This document shows, one piece after another, positions 57,190 to 64,000 of a stretch of DNA of 64,000 nt. A program made the translations under genes and the position numbers. Position 1 is the first letter of the stretch. Each line of letters opens with the position of its first letter. The notes under the pieces were generated by a model. The model had not been told where the DNA came from. It was given only the letters and a program-made list of their open reading frames with translations, and searched no databases. Origin of the DNA: an uncultured Actinomycetota bacterium (lineage in GTDB: Bacteria > Actinomycetota > Actinomycetes > Propionibacteriales > Nocardioidaceae); contig CAWIPF010000001.1 of the NCBI GenBank assembly GCA_963838025.1, forward strand, positions 2,751,757 through 2,815,756. Direction: 5' to 3'.

Positions 57190-59979
57190 ATGGCCGGCGA
57201 ACGAGTACTGAGCTATCTCGGAAAGATCTCGACCGATGTCGGCGCGGTGGGTGCGCAGATCTCCGAGATCCGCCCGACGCCCAGCGAGGTCGGTCCGGTC
57301 TTCCGGGAGGTCTACAAGGGCTCCAAGCCGGCGGCGCGACGGCTGGCCGCGGCCTACGCCGCCGCGCTGCCCTCCATCGACCAGCACCGCCAGGTCTTCC
57401 AGGCGGTCGCGCTGTCGCGCGACCCCGAGGAGCGGCGCACGCTGCTGAAGGGCTACCACGACGCGGGCCAGGACCGCTGGGTCGTGCACGCGATCGGCCA
57501 GCTCCCGGCGGCGCACGGCCGGACCCTCATGAAGGACTTCGTGCTCACCCCGTCGGGCGGTCGGAACAAGGCCGCCCTCGACGAGGTGTGGCAGTACGTC
57601 GCCGAGCTCGGCTCGCAGATCCGCGCCCCTCAAGGACCCGTCGACGCCAACGGCGAGCCGCCGCACGACGACGCCGTGGTGGAGTTCATCGAGGACGTCG
57701 TCGACGAGATCAAGGACGCGATCGAGAGCGTGGTCGACGCGGTCGTGAACGCGGTGGAGAGTCTCGTCGACGCCTTGGTCACCGTGGTGAACTGGACCGT
57801 CGACCAGCTGACGAACCTCGCCCAGGCGCTGCTCACCGCCGGCAAGACGATCCTCGACCTGCTCCAGGCCGCGGTGGCCTACGGCTACGACTTCGTCCGC
57901 AACATGATCGCGGCCATCCGCAACGTGGGAAAGGCGATGTTCGAGATCCTCGAGCAGGCGGTGAACTTCGTCGGCCAGCAGCTCGTGAACATCCTCAAGG
58001 CCATCGACAACCTCGGCCACCAGCTCTCCGAGCTGCTCTCCTGGCTGGCCACCCAGGTCGCGAGCGTGGTCACCCGGGTGGTGGAGGCGCTGATCGCCAT
58101 CGGCAAGACCGTGGCCAACATCCTGGCCCAGGCCGCCGCCGCCGCCTTCGAGGTGCTCCGCCGCGTCGTCGAGGGGTTGCTGGCACTCGGCCGGCAGATC
58201 GGCGAGCTGCTGCTCGAGGCCGCCAAGTCCACCCTGGAGCTGCTGCGGGAGACGGTGAAGGCGCTCATCGCCCTCGGCCGGGCGGTCGTCGACGTGGTGA
58301 CGTCGGTCATCTCCGCCGCCGCGCACCTGCTCACCGAGGTGGTCCGGGCGATCGCCGAGATCGCGAGCGGGTTCGTGGAGCTCTGCCAGATCATCGCCCA
58401 GGAGGCGCTGGCGATCGCGAGCGCGGTGGCCAAGGCGATGCTCGAGATCGGACGCACCCTCGCCGAGCTGGTCGTCGAGCTGGCCAAGATCGGCCTCGCC
58501 GCGGTGAAGCGGATCGTCAACGCCGCGCTCGAGCTCGGCTACGCCGTGGTCCGGGTCATCCGAGAGGTCTCCCGGCTGGTCGTGTCCGCCATCCGCGACG
58601 TCATCAAGGCGCTCGTCGCCGCCGGGAAGGCGCTGGTCGAGATCGTGCAGGCCGTGGTGGCCTTCACCTACAAGACCGCCCGCCGGTTCGTCGAAGCGGC
58701 CCTGGCCGCCGGCATCAAGCTGGCGCAGCTGCTCGAGGAGGCCGCGAAGGGCACCTACTACCTGCTGCGCCGGATGATCACCGGGATCATCGACGCCGGC
58801 CGAAAGGTGGCCGAGATCCTCGACTGGGTCTACACCCAGGCCGCCAACGTCGTCGAGGCGCTGCTGCGGGAGGCGGTGCTGGCGATCCGGTTCGTCCGCA
58901 AGGCGCTCGACGAGGCCCTGGACTGGGCCCTGAAGAAGGGCCGCGACTTCCTCGAGGCCGTGGTCCGCGTGGCCGAGGACATCGGCAGCAGGCTTCGCGA
59001 CGTCATCGACTGGGCCAAGGCGGCCGGGGCGAAGGCGCTGGAGCTGCTGGGAGAGGTGTGGGTGCGGATCGGCAACTCCGTGACCTACGTGCTCGGCTGG
59101 GTGGCCAAGGACTTCATCCCCGGGCTGGTCTCCCTGGTCACCGGACTGCTGCGGGCCGGCCTCGCGGTGGTGGAGATCGTCGCCTGGGCGGTGGGCAAGG
59201 CGCTGAGTGCGGTCATCGCGGTGCTGCAGTCGGCGCTGGCGGCCGGCGTGGCGATGGTGGACCTGCTCATCGCGATCGCCGCGCAGCCGCAGAACGCCGG
59301 CGCGCTGTTCGTGCAGGCGATGCGCGACCTGGGCAAGACCGTCAAGGACATCCTCGAGCCCGCGTTCACCCTCAACGACGCCGACAAGCGCTACCTGGTC
59401 CAGGCCCTGAAGGACGCCGGCACGGGCCTCCAGGAGTGCCTCGACGGGCTCGTGGAGATCTTCGGCGGAGCGGTCTTCACCGTGGTGGCGGTCCTGCTCG
59501 AGATCTTCGGCCTGTTCCGGCCGCTGACCCCGGGCGAGCGTCAGCGTGCCGTGTCGGTCTACCAGGACACGCTGCCCTACGACGACATCCGCCTGTTCAT
59601 CGGGTCGTTCGTCTCGTGGGCGGCGGCCAACAACACCGGCGGGGACACCGGGGTCACCACGATGCGGATCATCCACTTCCCGGACAGCTACAGCGACACC
59701 AACCCGGGACAGGAGAGCTGGCTGATCCACGAGCTCATGCACGTCTGGCAGGGCGAGCACCAGGGACCGGCGTACATGGCGCACGCGCTGATCGGCCAGG
59801 CCACCGACGGCTACGACTACGGCGGCACGGCCGGCCTCGACGCCCACGTGGCACAGGGGCTCGACGCGTTCAACCCCGAGCAGCAGGCCCAGATCTGCCA
59901 GGACTTCTACGGGATCCTCAAGGCGAGCGGGAGCACGTCGCACTACGACCCCTACATCGCCGAGGTCCGGGCGGCATGA
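57190..59979 (+). CDS. 929-aa protein: unknown N-domain, about 18 copies of a 29-residue helical repeat, hydrophobic segment, C-terminal HExxH zincin-like (DUF4157-like) domain
   Basis: ATG 57190 lies behind GAGGGGG. Repeat-marking Gly falls at residues 218, 247, 276 ... 537 (exact 29 spacing). HELMH at 59728-59742 sits in the context WLIHELMHVWQ. Confidence 0.8.
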   Translation: MAGERVLSYLGKISTDVGAVGAQISEIRPTPSEVGPVFREVYKGSKPAARRLAAAYAAALPSIDQHRQVFQAVALSRDPEERRTLLKGYHDAGQDRWVVHAIGQLPAAHGRTLMKDFVLTPSGGRNKAALDEVWQYVAELGSQIRAPQGPVDANGEPPHDDAVVEFIEDVVDEIKDAIESVVDAVVNAVESLVDALVTVVNWTVDQLTNLAQALLTAGKTILDLLQAAVAYGYDFVRNMIAAIRNVGKAMFEILEQAVNFVGQQLVNILKAIDNLGHQLSELLSWLATQVASVVTRVVEALIAIGKTVANILAQAAAAAFEVLRRVVEGLLALGRQIGELLLEAAKSTLELLRETVKALIALGRAVVDVVTSVISAAAHLLTEVVRAIAEIASGFVELCQIIAQEALAIASAVAKAMLEIGRTLAELVVELAKIGLAAVKRIVNAALELGYAVVRVIREVSRLVVSAIRDVIKALVAAGKALVEIVQAVVAFTYKTARRFVEAALAAGIKLAQLLEEAAKGTYYLLRRMITGIIDAGRKVAEILDWVYTQAANVVEALLREAVLAIRFVRKALDEALDWALKKGRDFLEAVVRVAEDIGSRLRDVIDWAKAAGAKALELLGEVWVRIGNSVTYVLGWVAKDFIPGLVSLVTGLLRAGLAVVEIVAWAVGKALSAVIAVLQSALAAGVAMVDLLIAIAAQPQNAGALFVQAMRDLGKTVKDILEPAFTLNDADKRYLVQALKDAGTGLQECLDGLVEIFGGAVFTVVAVLLEIFGLFRPLTPGERQRAVSVYQDTLPYDDIRLFIGSFVSWAAANNTGGDTGVTTMRIIHFPDSYSDTNPGQESWLIHELMHVWQGEHQGPAYMAHALIGQATDGYDYGGTAGLDAHVAQGLDAFNPEQQAQICQDFYGILKASGSTSHYDPYIAEVRAA
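57841..59421 (+). repeat. 87-nt (29-codon) periodic coding repeat array inside the 929-aa gene
   Basis: Consensus roughly a-l-x-a-G-K/R-x-h-x-E-h-L-x-x-A-h-x(13). Twelve consecutive units are in perfect register (residues 218-565). Six more follow after insertions of 18 and 15 aa. Confidence 0.75.
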
Positions 59980-60932
59980 CGCAGCCCCCCGGGTGCTGGG
60001 TCCTGGTCTGCCCGCCGGACGCGGCGGTGTCGCTGCGGCCGCTGGTCGACGCGCACGCGACCACGCGCGAGGTCCGCGTCGTCGAGCGGGCCGGCCCGCC
60101 GGCACCCGACGACTGGCCGCGGCTGGTCCCGGCCGGCGCGGAGGCGGTGCTGCTGGTCGGCAACCGGCGCCGGGCTCCCGCCACCGTCGTCGACGGGCCG
60201 TTCGTGCCGTCCGCCGACGGGCGCTGGGTGCCGGTGGGCTGGCTGCCCGCCACCCGGGGGCTCGACCGCTTCGGGTCCGCGGCCGCCCGGGTCTCGCGGC
60301 GGCGGGACCCCGGCCCGGTCGCGGTGCTCGGGCAGCGCAGCGTGCGCTACCAGACGCTGTCGGACCGGCTGCTGCACCACCTCGGGGAGGTCGAGGCGGT
60401 GCGATGGGGCGCCGAGCGGGTCACCCGCGAGGACCTGGTGGCCGGGCTGGCCGCCGGGCTCGGGGTCGCGGTCTACCTCGGCCACGGCCGCCCGTCGGGC
60501 TGGGCCGGCTACCGCGGGCTCCGTGCGCCGCACCTGCTCCCCCTGGCCGGTGAGCCGCTCGGGTTCCTGCTGTCGGTCACCTGCTGGACGGCGAGCCGCA
60601 AGGGCGTCGGCACCAGCTTCTGCGAGCAGGTCGTGGTGCAGGGCTCCGCCGCGGCCGGGCTCGGGGCGGTGCGGCCCACCCTGCACCTGGACAACACCCG
60701 GGTGGTCCTCGCCCTGGCGCGCGCGCTGCGCTCGCGGCCACGGACCGCCGGGGAGCTGGTGGCCGGGATGCTGCTCCAGGACGGCCGGCCCTCCCCGGAG
60801 TCGTCGTCGTACCGGCTCTGTGGCGACCCGCTGGCCGTGCTGGCCGGCGCCCCGACCGCCGCGGCCCGGGCCCGCCGGGTGCGTGCCCCGGCACCCGACT
60901 TCACCCCGCGACCGAGCAGGGCGGCCTCGTGA
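59976..60932 (+). CDS. clan CD (gingipain C25/caspase-like) His-Cys peptidase-fold protein
   Basis: ATGA overlap with the upstream gene. VAVYLGHGRPSGW (His170), then 30 aa later PLGFLLSVTCWTAS (Cys203), matching the H-G...hydrophobic strand-C layout of C25 peptidases. No signal peptide. Confidence 0.55.
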   Translation: MTQPPGCWVLVCPPDAAVSLRPLVDAHATTREVRVVERAGPPAPDDWPRLVPAGAEAVLLVGNRRRAPATVVDGPFVPSADGRWVPVGWLPATRGLDRFGSAAARVSRRRDPGPVAVLGQRSVRYQTLSDRLLHHLGEVEAVRWGAERVTREDLVAGLAAGLGVAVYLGHGRPSGWAGYRGLRAPHLLPLAGEPLGFLLSVTCWTASRKGVGTSFCEQVVVQGSAAAGLGAVRPTLHLDNTRVVLALARALRSRPRTAGELVAGMLLQDGRPSPESSSYRLCGDPLAVLAGAPTAAARARRVRAPAPDFTPRPSRAAS

Positions 60933-61183
60933 GCGGCGCCCCCGACCTCGGCGAGCTCACCCTCGACCTGCGGGGGCTGGTGGCCGAGCTGGCCGAGCTG
61001 GATCCCGCCGATCTCACTCCGGACACCTCGTTCCCCGAGGTGGGCATCGACTCGCTGCTGGCCATGGAGATCGCCGTGCACGTCGAGCGCCGGCACGGAG
61101 TGCGCTTCGAGGACAGCGACCTCAACCGCATCCGGACCCTGCGACAGCTGGCGGACCTCGTCGTCGAGCGTCGCGATGGCTGA
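60929..61183 (+). CDS. acyl carrier protein
   Basis: 84 aa; EVGIDSLLAMEI (phosphopantetheine Ser42). GTGA overlap with the upstream gene. Confidence 0.85.
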   Translation: MSGAPDLGELTLDLRGLVAELAELDPADLTPDTSFPEVGIDSLLAMEIAVHVERRHGVRFEDSDLNRIRTLRQLADLVVERRDG

Positions 61184-62363
61184 CCGGCGCGCGGTCGTCA
61201 CCGGCCTCGGGGTGGTCTCCCCGCTGGGCCGCGGTGCCCGCGACACCTGGGCCGCGGTGACCTCGGGCACGTCGGGGATCGTCCGCAGGCCGCAGGACGG
61301 CCGGCTGGTGGCGCAGGTCCCGGCGGAGCTGCTCACCGAGCCCGTCCGCGACCGCGACGGGCGTCCGCTTCTCGGTCGCGCCGCCGGGCTGGCGCTGCTG
61401 GCCGGGGCCGACGCGCTCGCCGACGCGGGCCTCGGCGCCGCCGGCGTCGACCTGGTGGTGGGGACCACGATGGGCGAGCCGACCTGGATCGACACGTGGC
61501 CCGACGAGCAGGCGGCGCTGTCGCCCCCACCCGCCGCTCGGGCCGCCGAGCTGCTGGCGGGCACGCCGGCCGGGATGACGGAGGTGATCGCGCACCGCCT
61601 CGGGACCAGCGGCCGCGCGGCCGCCGTCGGCGGTGCCTGCGCCGCGGGCAACTTCGCACTCGCGCGAGCCCTCGACGACATCCGCAGCGGGCGCAGCGGC
61701 TGCGTCCTCGCCGGCGGGGTCGACGCCTTCAGCCGCACCGCCCTGATCGGCTTCGCGAAGCTGGGTGCCCTCGCCGACGACGCCTGCCGTCCGTTCGGCC
61801 GGGACCGCCAGGGACTGGTCCTCGGCGAGGGAGCCGCCTTCCTGGTCGTCGAGGAACGGGACCGGGCGCTCTCCCGGGGGGCGACGGTGCTGGCCGAGCT
61901 CGCGGGTGCGGGGCTCTCGTGCGACGCCTACCACCCGACCAGCCCGCGCCCCGACGGGAGCGGCGCCGCCCAGGCCCTGGGCGCCGCACTCGCGGACGCC
62001 GGCACGGCCACCGACGAGGTCGGCTGGGTCAGCGCCCACGGCACCGGGACACCGGCCAACGACCGCGCCGAGGTGCAGGCGCTCGCCCGGGTGTTCGGCC
62101 GGTCCGGACCGCCGGCGTCGTCGGTGAAGTCGCTGACCGGGCACGGCCTCGGGGCGGCGAGCGCCGTCGAGGCGGTCGTCGCGGTGCTGGCGCTCCGGCG
62201 CGGGCTGGTCCCCCCGACCTGGTTCGTCGGGGTGCAGGAGCCGGAGTGCGACTGGGACGTGGTGACCGACGGCCCGCGGGAGCTGACCCGAGACGTCGTG
62301 GTCAACCAGGCCTACGCCTTCGGCGGCTGCAACGCGGTGACGGTCCTGCGGAGGTCGGCATGA
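61176..62363 (+). CDS. beta-ketoacyl-ACP synthase (KAS II/KS-alpha type)
   Basis: GGACAAG (Cys), SAHGTGTPAND (His), SLTGHGLGAAS (His). 8-nt overlap with the ACP gene. Confidence 0.9.
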   Translation: MADRRAVVTGLGVVSPLGRGARDTWAAVTSGTSGIVRRPQDGRLVAQVPAELLTEPVRDRDGRPLLGRAAGLALLAGADALADAGLGAAGVDLVVGTTMGEPTWIDTWPDEQAALSPPPAARAAELLAGTPAGMTEVIAHRLGTSGRAAAVGGACAAGNFALARALDDIRSGRSGCVLAGGVDAFSRTALIGFAKLGALADDACRPFGRDRQGLVLGEGAAFLVVEERDRALSRGATVLAELAGAGLSCDAYHPTSPRPDGSGAAQALGAALADAGTATDEVGWVSAHGTGTPANDRAEVQALARVFGRSGPPASSVKSLTGHGLGAASAVEAVVAVLALRRGLVPPTWFVGVQEPECDWDVVTDGPRELTRDVVVNQAYAFGGCNAVTVLRRSA

Positions 62364-63148
62364 AGGCCTTCGTCACGGCGGCCAGCGCCTTCGGCGCGCG
62401 GGGGCACGGCCTGGGCAACGTCACCGCGGAGCCGGTGAGCGACGAGACCCTGGCCGCGGGGCTCACGATGCGGGGCCTGCGCCCGCTCTCGCGGACCGCA
62501 CGCCTGGCCATGGTGGCCGCCGCGCAGGTCTTCCCCCCCGGCAGCCCGAGCCGCCCCGACGACGGCATCGTCCTCGGCTCCGCGTGGTCGAGCGTCGGTC
62601 CGCTCGCGGACTTCGTCCAGGTCGCGGTCGACGTCGGCCCCGACCAGGTCTTCCCGATGGCCTTCCCGAACACCGTCACCAGCGTGCACGCGGGGTACGT
62701 CGCGACCCTGCTCGGCTGCCGCGGGCCGGTGCTCTCGGTGTGCGGGGAGCACGCCGGGCTGGAGGCCGTGGTCGAGTCGCTCTCCCTGCTCGCCCGGCAC
62801 CGCGCCGAACGCGTGCTGGCCATCGCCGCCGAGGCCGCCGAGCCCGCCGTGGCGGCGGCCCGGCCCGGTGCCGGCGAGGCGGCCGCGGCCCTCCGGCTCG
62901 CGGCCACGCCGGAGTCCGACTGCCTGTCGCTCGTGACCGGGGCCTGGACCGCGCCGACCGCCGACGACCTGCCGGACGAGGTGCGTCGCGCGGCCCTCGG
63001 CGACGACAGGGAGGACTTCGGCGCCGTCTCGGGGATGCTGGCCATCCTGCGCGGCCTGGACGAGGTCGCGCACCACGGCCGCCCGGTGGTCGTGCTGGGC
63101 CGGTCGGGCGTGCGCGGGGTGGCCGCGGTGCGGCTCGAGCCGGCCTGA
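62360..63148 (+). CDS. truncated ketosynthase-like protein (chain-length-factor-like partner)
   Basis: 262 aa with thiolase-fold N-half features (MAFPNTVTSVHAGYVATLLGCRGPVLSV) and no C-terminal His-His half. ATGA overlap with the KS gene. Confidence 0.6.
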   Translation: MKAFVTAASAFGARGHGLGNVTAEPVSDETLAAGLTMRGLRPLSRTARLAMVAAAQVFPPGSPSRPDDGIVLGSAWSSVGPLADFVQVAVDVGPDQVFPMAFPNTVTSVHAGYVATLLGCRGPVLSVCGEHAGLEAVVESLSLLARHRAERVLAIAAEAAEPAVAAARPGAGEAAAALRLAATPESDCLSLVTGAWTAPTADDLPDEVRRAALGDDREDFGAVSGMLAILRGLDEVAHHGRPVVVLGRSGVRGVAAVRLEPA

Positions 63149-63157
63149 GCGGAGCCG

Positions 63158-63847
63158 CTAGGCGCGCACCACCAGCACGATCCCCTTGTCCCGCACGCAC
63201 TCCGCGCTCGCGGCGTCCACGTCCGCGTAGACCAGCACCTCGTCGACGCTGGTGAAGCGCCCCAGCCGCTCCCGCGCCGCGACGACGGCCCGGGCCATGG
63301 CGAGCGGGACCCGGCAGCCGTCCGCGATGACCTCGGCCGGCGCGTCGTTGAGGTCGACCAGTCCCCCGTCGTCGTACTGCCGGGGGAGGTCGGGCCGGCC
63401 CACGCGCAGCTCCCGTGCCATCAGCGGGTCACGCTCGGCGAGGGCCCGGGCCGCCGCACGTTTCGCGCGGGCCAGCGAGACCGCGGCGACGGCCGGGTCC
63501 GGCCGCTTGGCGGACTCCCGGGCGTAGCGTCCGGTCGGCCCGTAGACCTCCTGCCGCAGCGGCCGCTGCTGGAGCACGGCGGCGACGATCACCGCGAGCA
63601 TCAGCATGCCGGCCACGTTGCTCATCCAGCCGGTGGCGGCGCCGGTCTCGTCCACGGGCGCGGTGTCGAGGACCACGCCGCCGACGGCGGCCGCGGCGGC
63701 GTAGGCGGCACCGGTCACCCACAGCCGACGCCGGCCCAGCACCGTGGCCGCGTGGAAGAACGGGACGCAGGCGAGCAGACCCGCCGTCGCGATGGTGACG
63801 ACGTAGTACCACACGCCGCCACTGGTCTGCCGAGCGTTGCTGACCAT
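63158..63847 (-). CDS. membrane protein with C-terminal helix-hairpin-helix (ComEA-like) domain
   Basis: Three TM segments, then LVDLNDAPAEVIAD...RFTSVDEVLV, resembling an HhH DNA-binding motif. Confidence 0.5.
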   Translation of the reverse strand: MVSNARQTSGGVWYYVVTIATAGLLACVPFFHAATVLGRRRLWVTGAAYAAAAAVGGVVLDTAPVDETGAATGWMSNVAGMLMLAVIVAAVLQQRPLRQEVYGPTGRYARESAKRPDPAVAAVSLARAKRAAARALAERDPLMARELRVGRPDLPRQYDDGGLVDLNDAPAEVIADGCRVPLAMARAVVAARERLGRFTSVDEVLVYADVDAASAECVRDKGIVLVVRA

Positions 63848-64000
63848 CAGCGTGACCCCCTCTCCTCCGTGCCGTCGCGCCCCGGCACATCGACATCGTC
63901 TCCCCACCCACCGACAGTGTTCGCGCGGGGAGTCGGGCACAGTAGGGGCTCGTGAGACGTCTGCCGGCCGCTGCCCCGGCGGTGGTGCTCGCCCTCTCGG

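Noticed and set aside
57118-60105. 995-aa ORF antisense to the repeat/zincin gene
   Set aside because: The product is Arg/Gly/Asp/His-rich low-complexity sequence with no motifs. It is the mirror frame of a gene with strong GC3 bias and clear repeat and HExxH signals. Stop-free antisense frames are expected at this GC content.
63952-64000. Possible start of a further + strand gene (GTG 63952, VRRLPAAAPAVVLALS, signal-peptide-like)
   Set aside because: Only 16 codons lie inside the window, which is too little to support a call.

Overview
High-GC (roughly 70%) actinobacterial chromosomal segment. Gene content suggests Nocardioides/Propionibacteriales, but that is inference only. It is densely packed with about 70 genes, and I saw no rRNA, CRISPR array, transposase or integrase. 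Contents in order: (1) sigH-rsrA redox stress module, SRAP peptidase and the bL37 micro-ORF. (2) An ECF sigma factor fused to its own zinc-finger anti-sigma, a TM segment and a Cys-pair Ig-like repeat ectodomain. (3) aspS behind a T-box-like leader, then DoxX, aroA, rsgA and hisN. (4) Small housekeeping, stress and envelope genes, plus MFS, CDF and FUSC transporters. (5) A complete selenocysteine island: selD, a UGA-containing formate dehydrogenase operon (fdhA-fdhB-nrfD-like), tRNA-Sec, selA and selB. (6) Two OmpR-type two-component systems, and a thioredoxin/CsoR-family/RR/HK operon with a sigH-type promoter and two palindromic operators. (7) Secreted PLD, PD40 and BNR proteins and a DD-carboxypeptidase. 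(8) The most unusual locus, at 57.2-63.1 kb, is a translationally coupled five-gene operon. It encodes a 929-aa protein built from 29-residue helical repeats with a C-terminal HExxH zincin motif, a clan-CD-like (C25/caspase-type) His/Cys protein, an ACP, a ketosynthase and a truncated KS-like partner. Caveat: at least four otherwise intact genes are broken by single-base +1 insertions (seven events if the ECF fusion is counted), so assembly indel error must be excluded. All functional calls come from motif recognition by eye; no searches were run.
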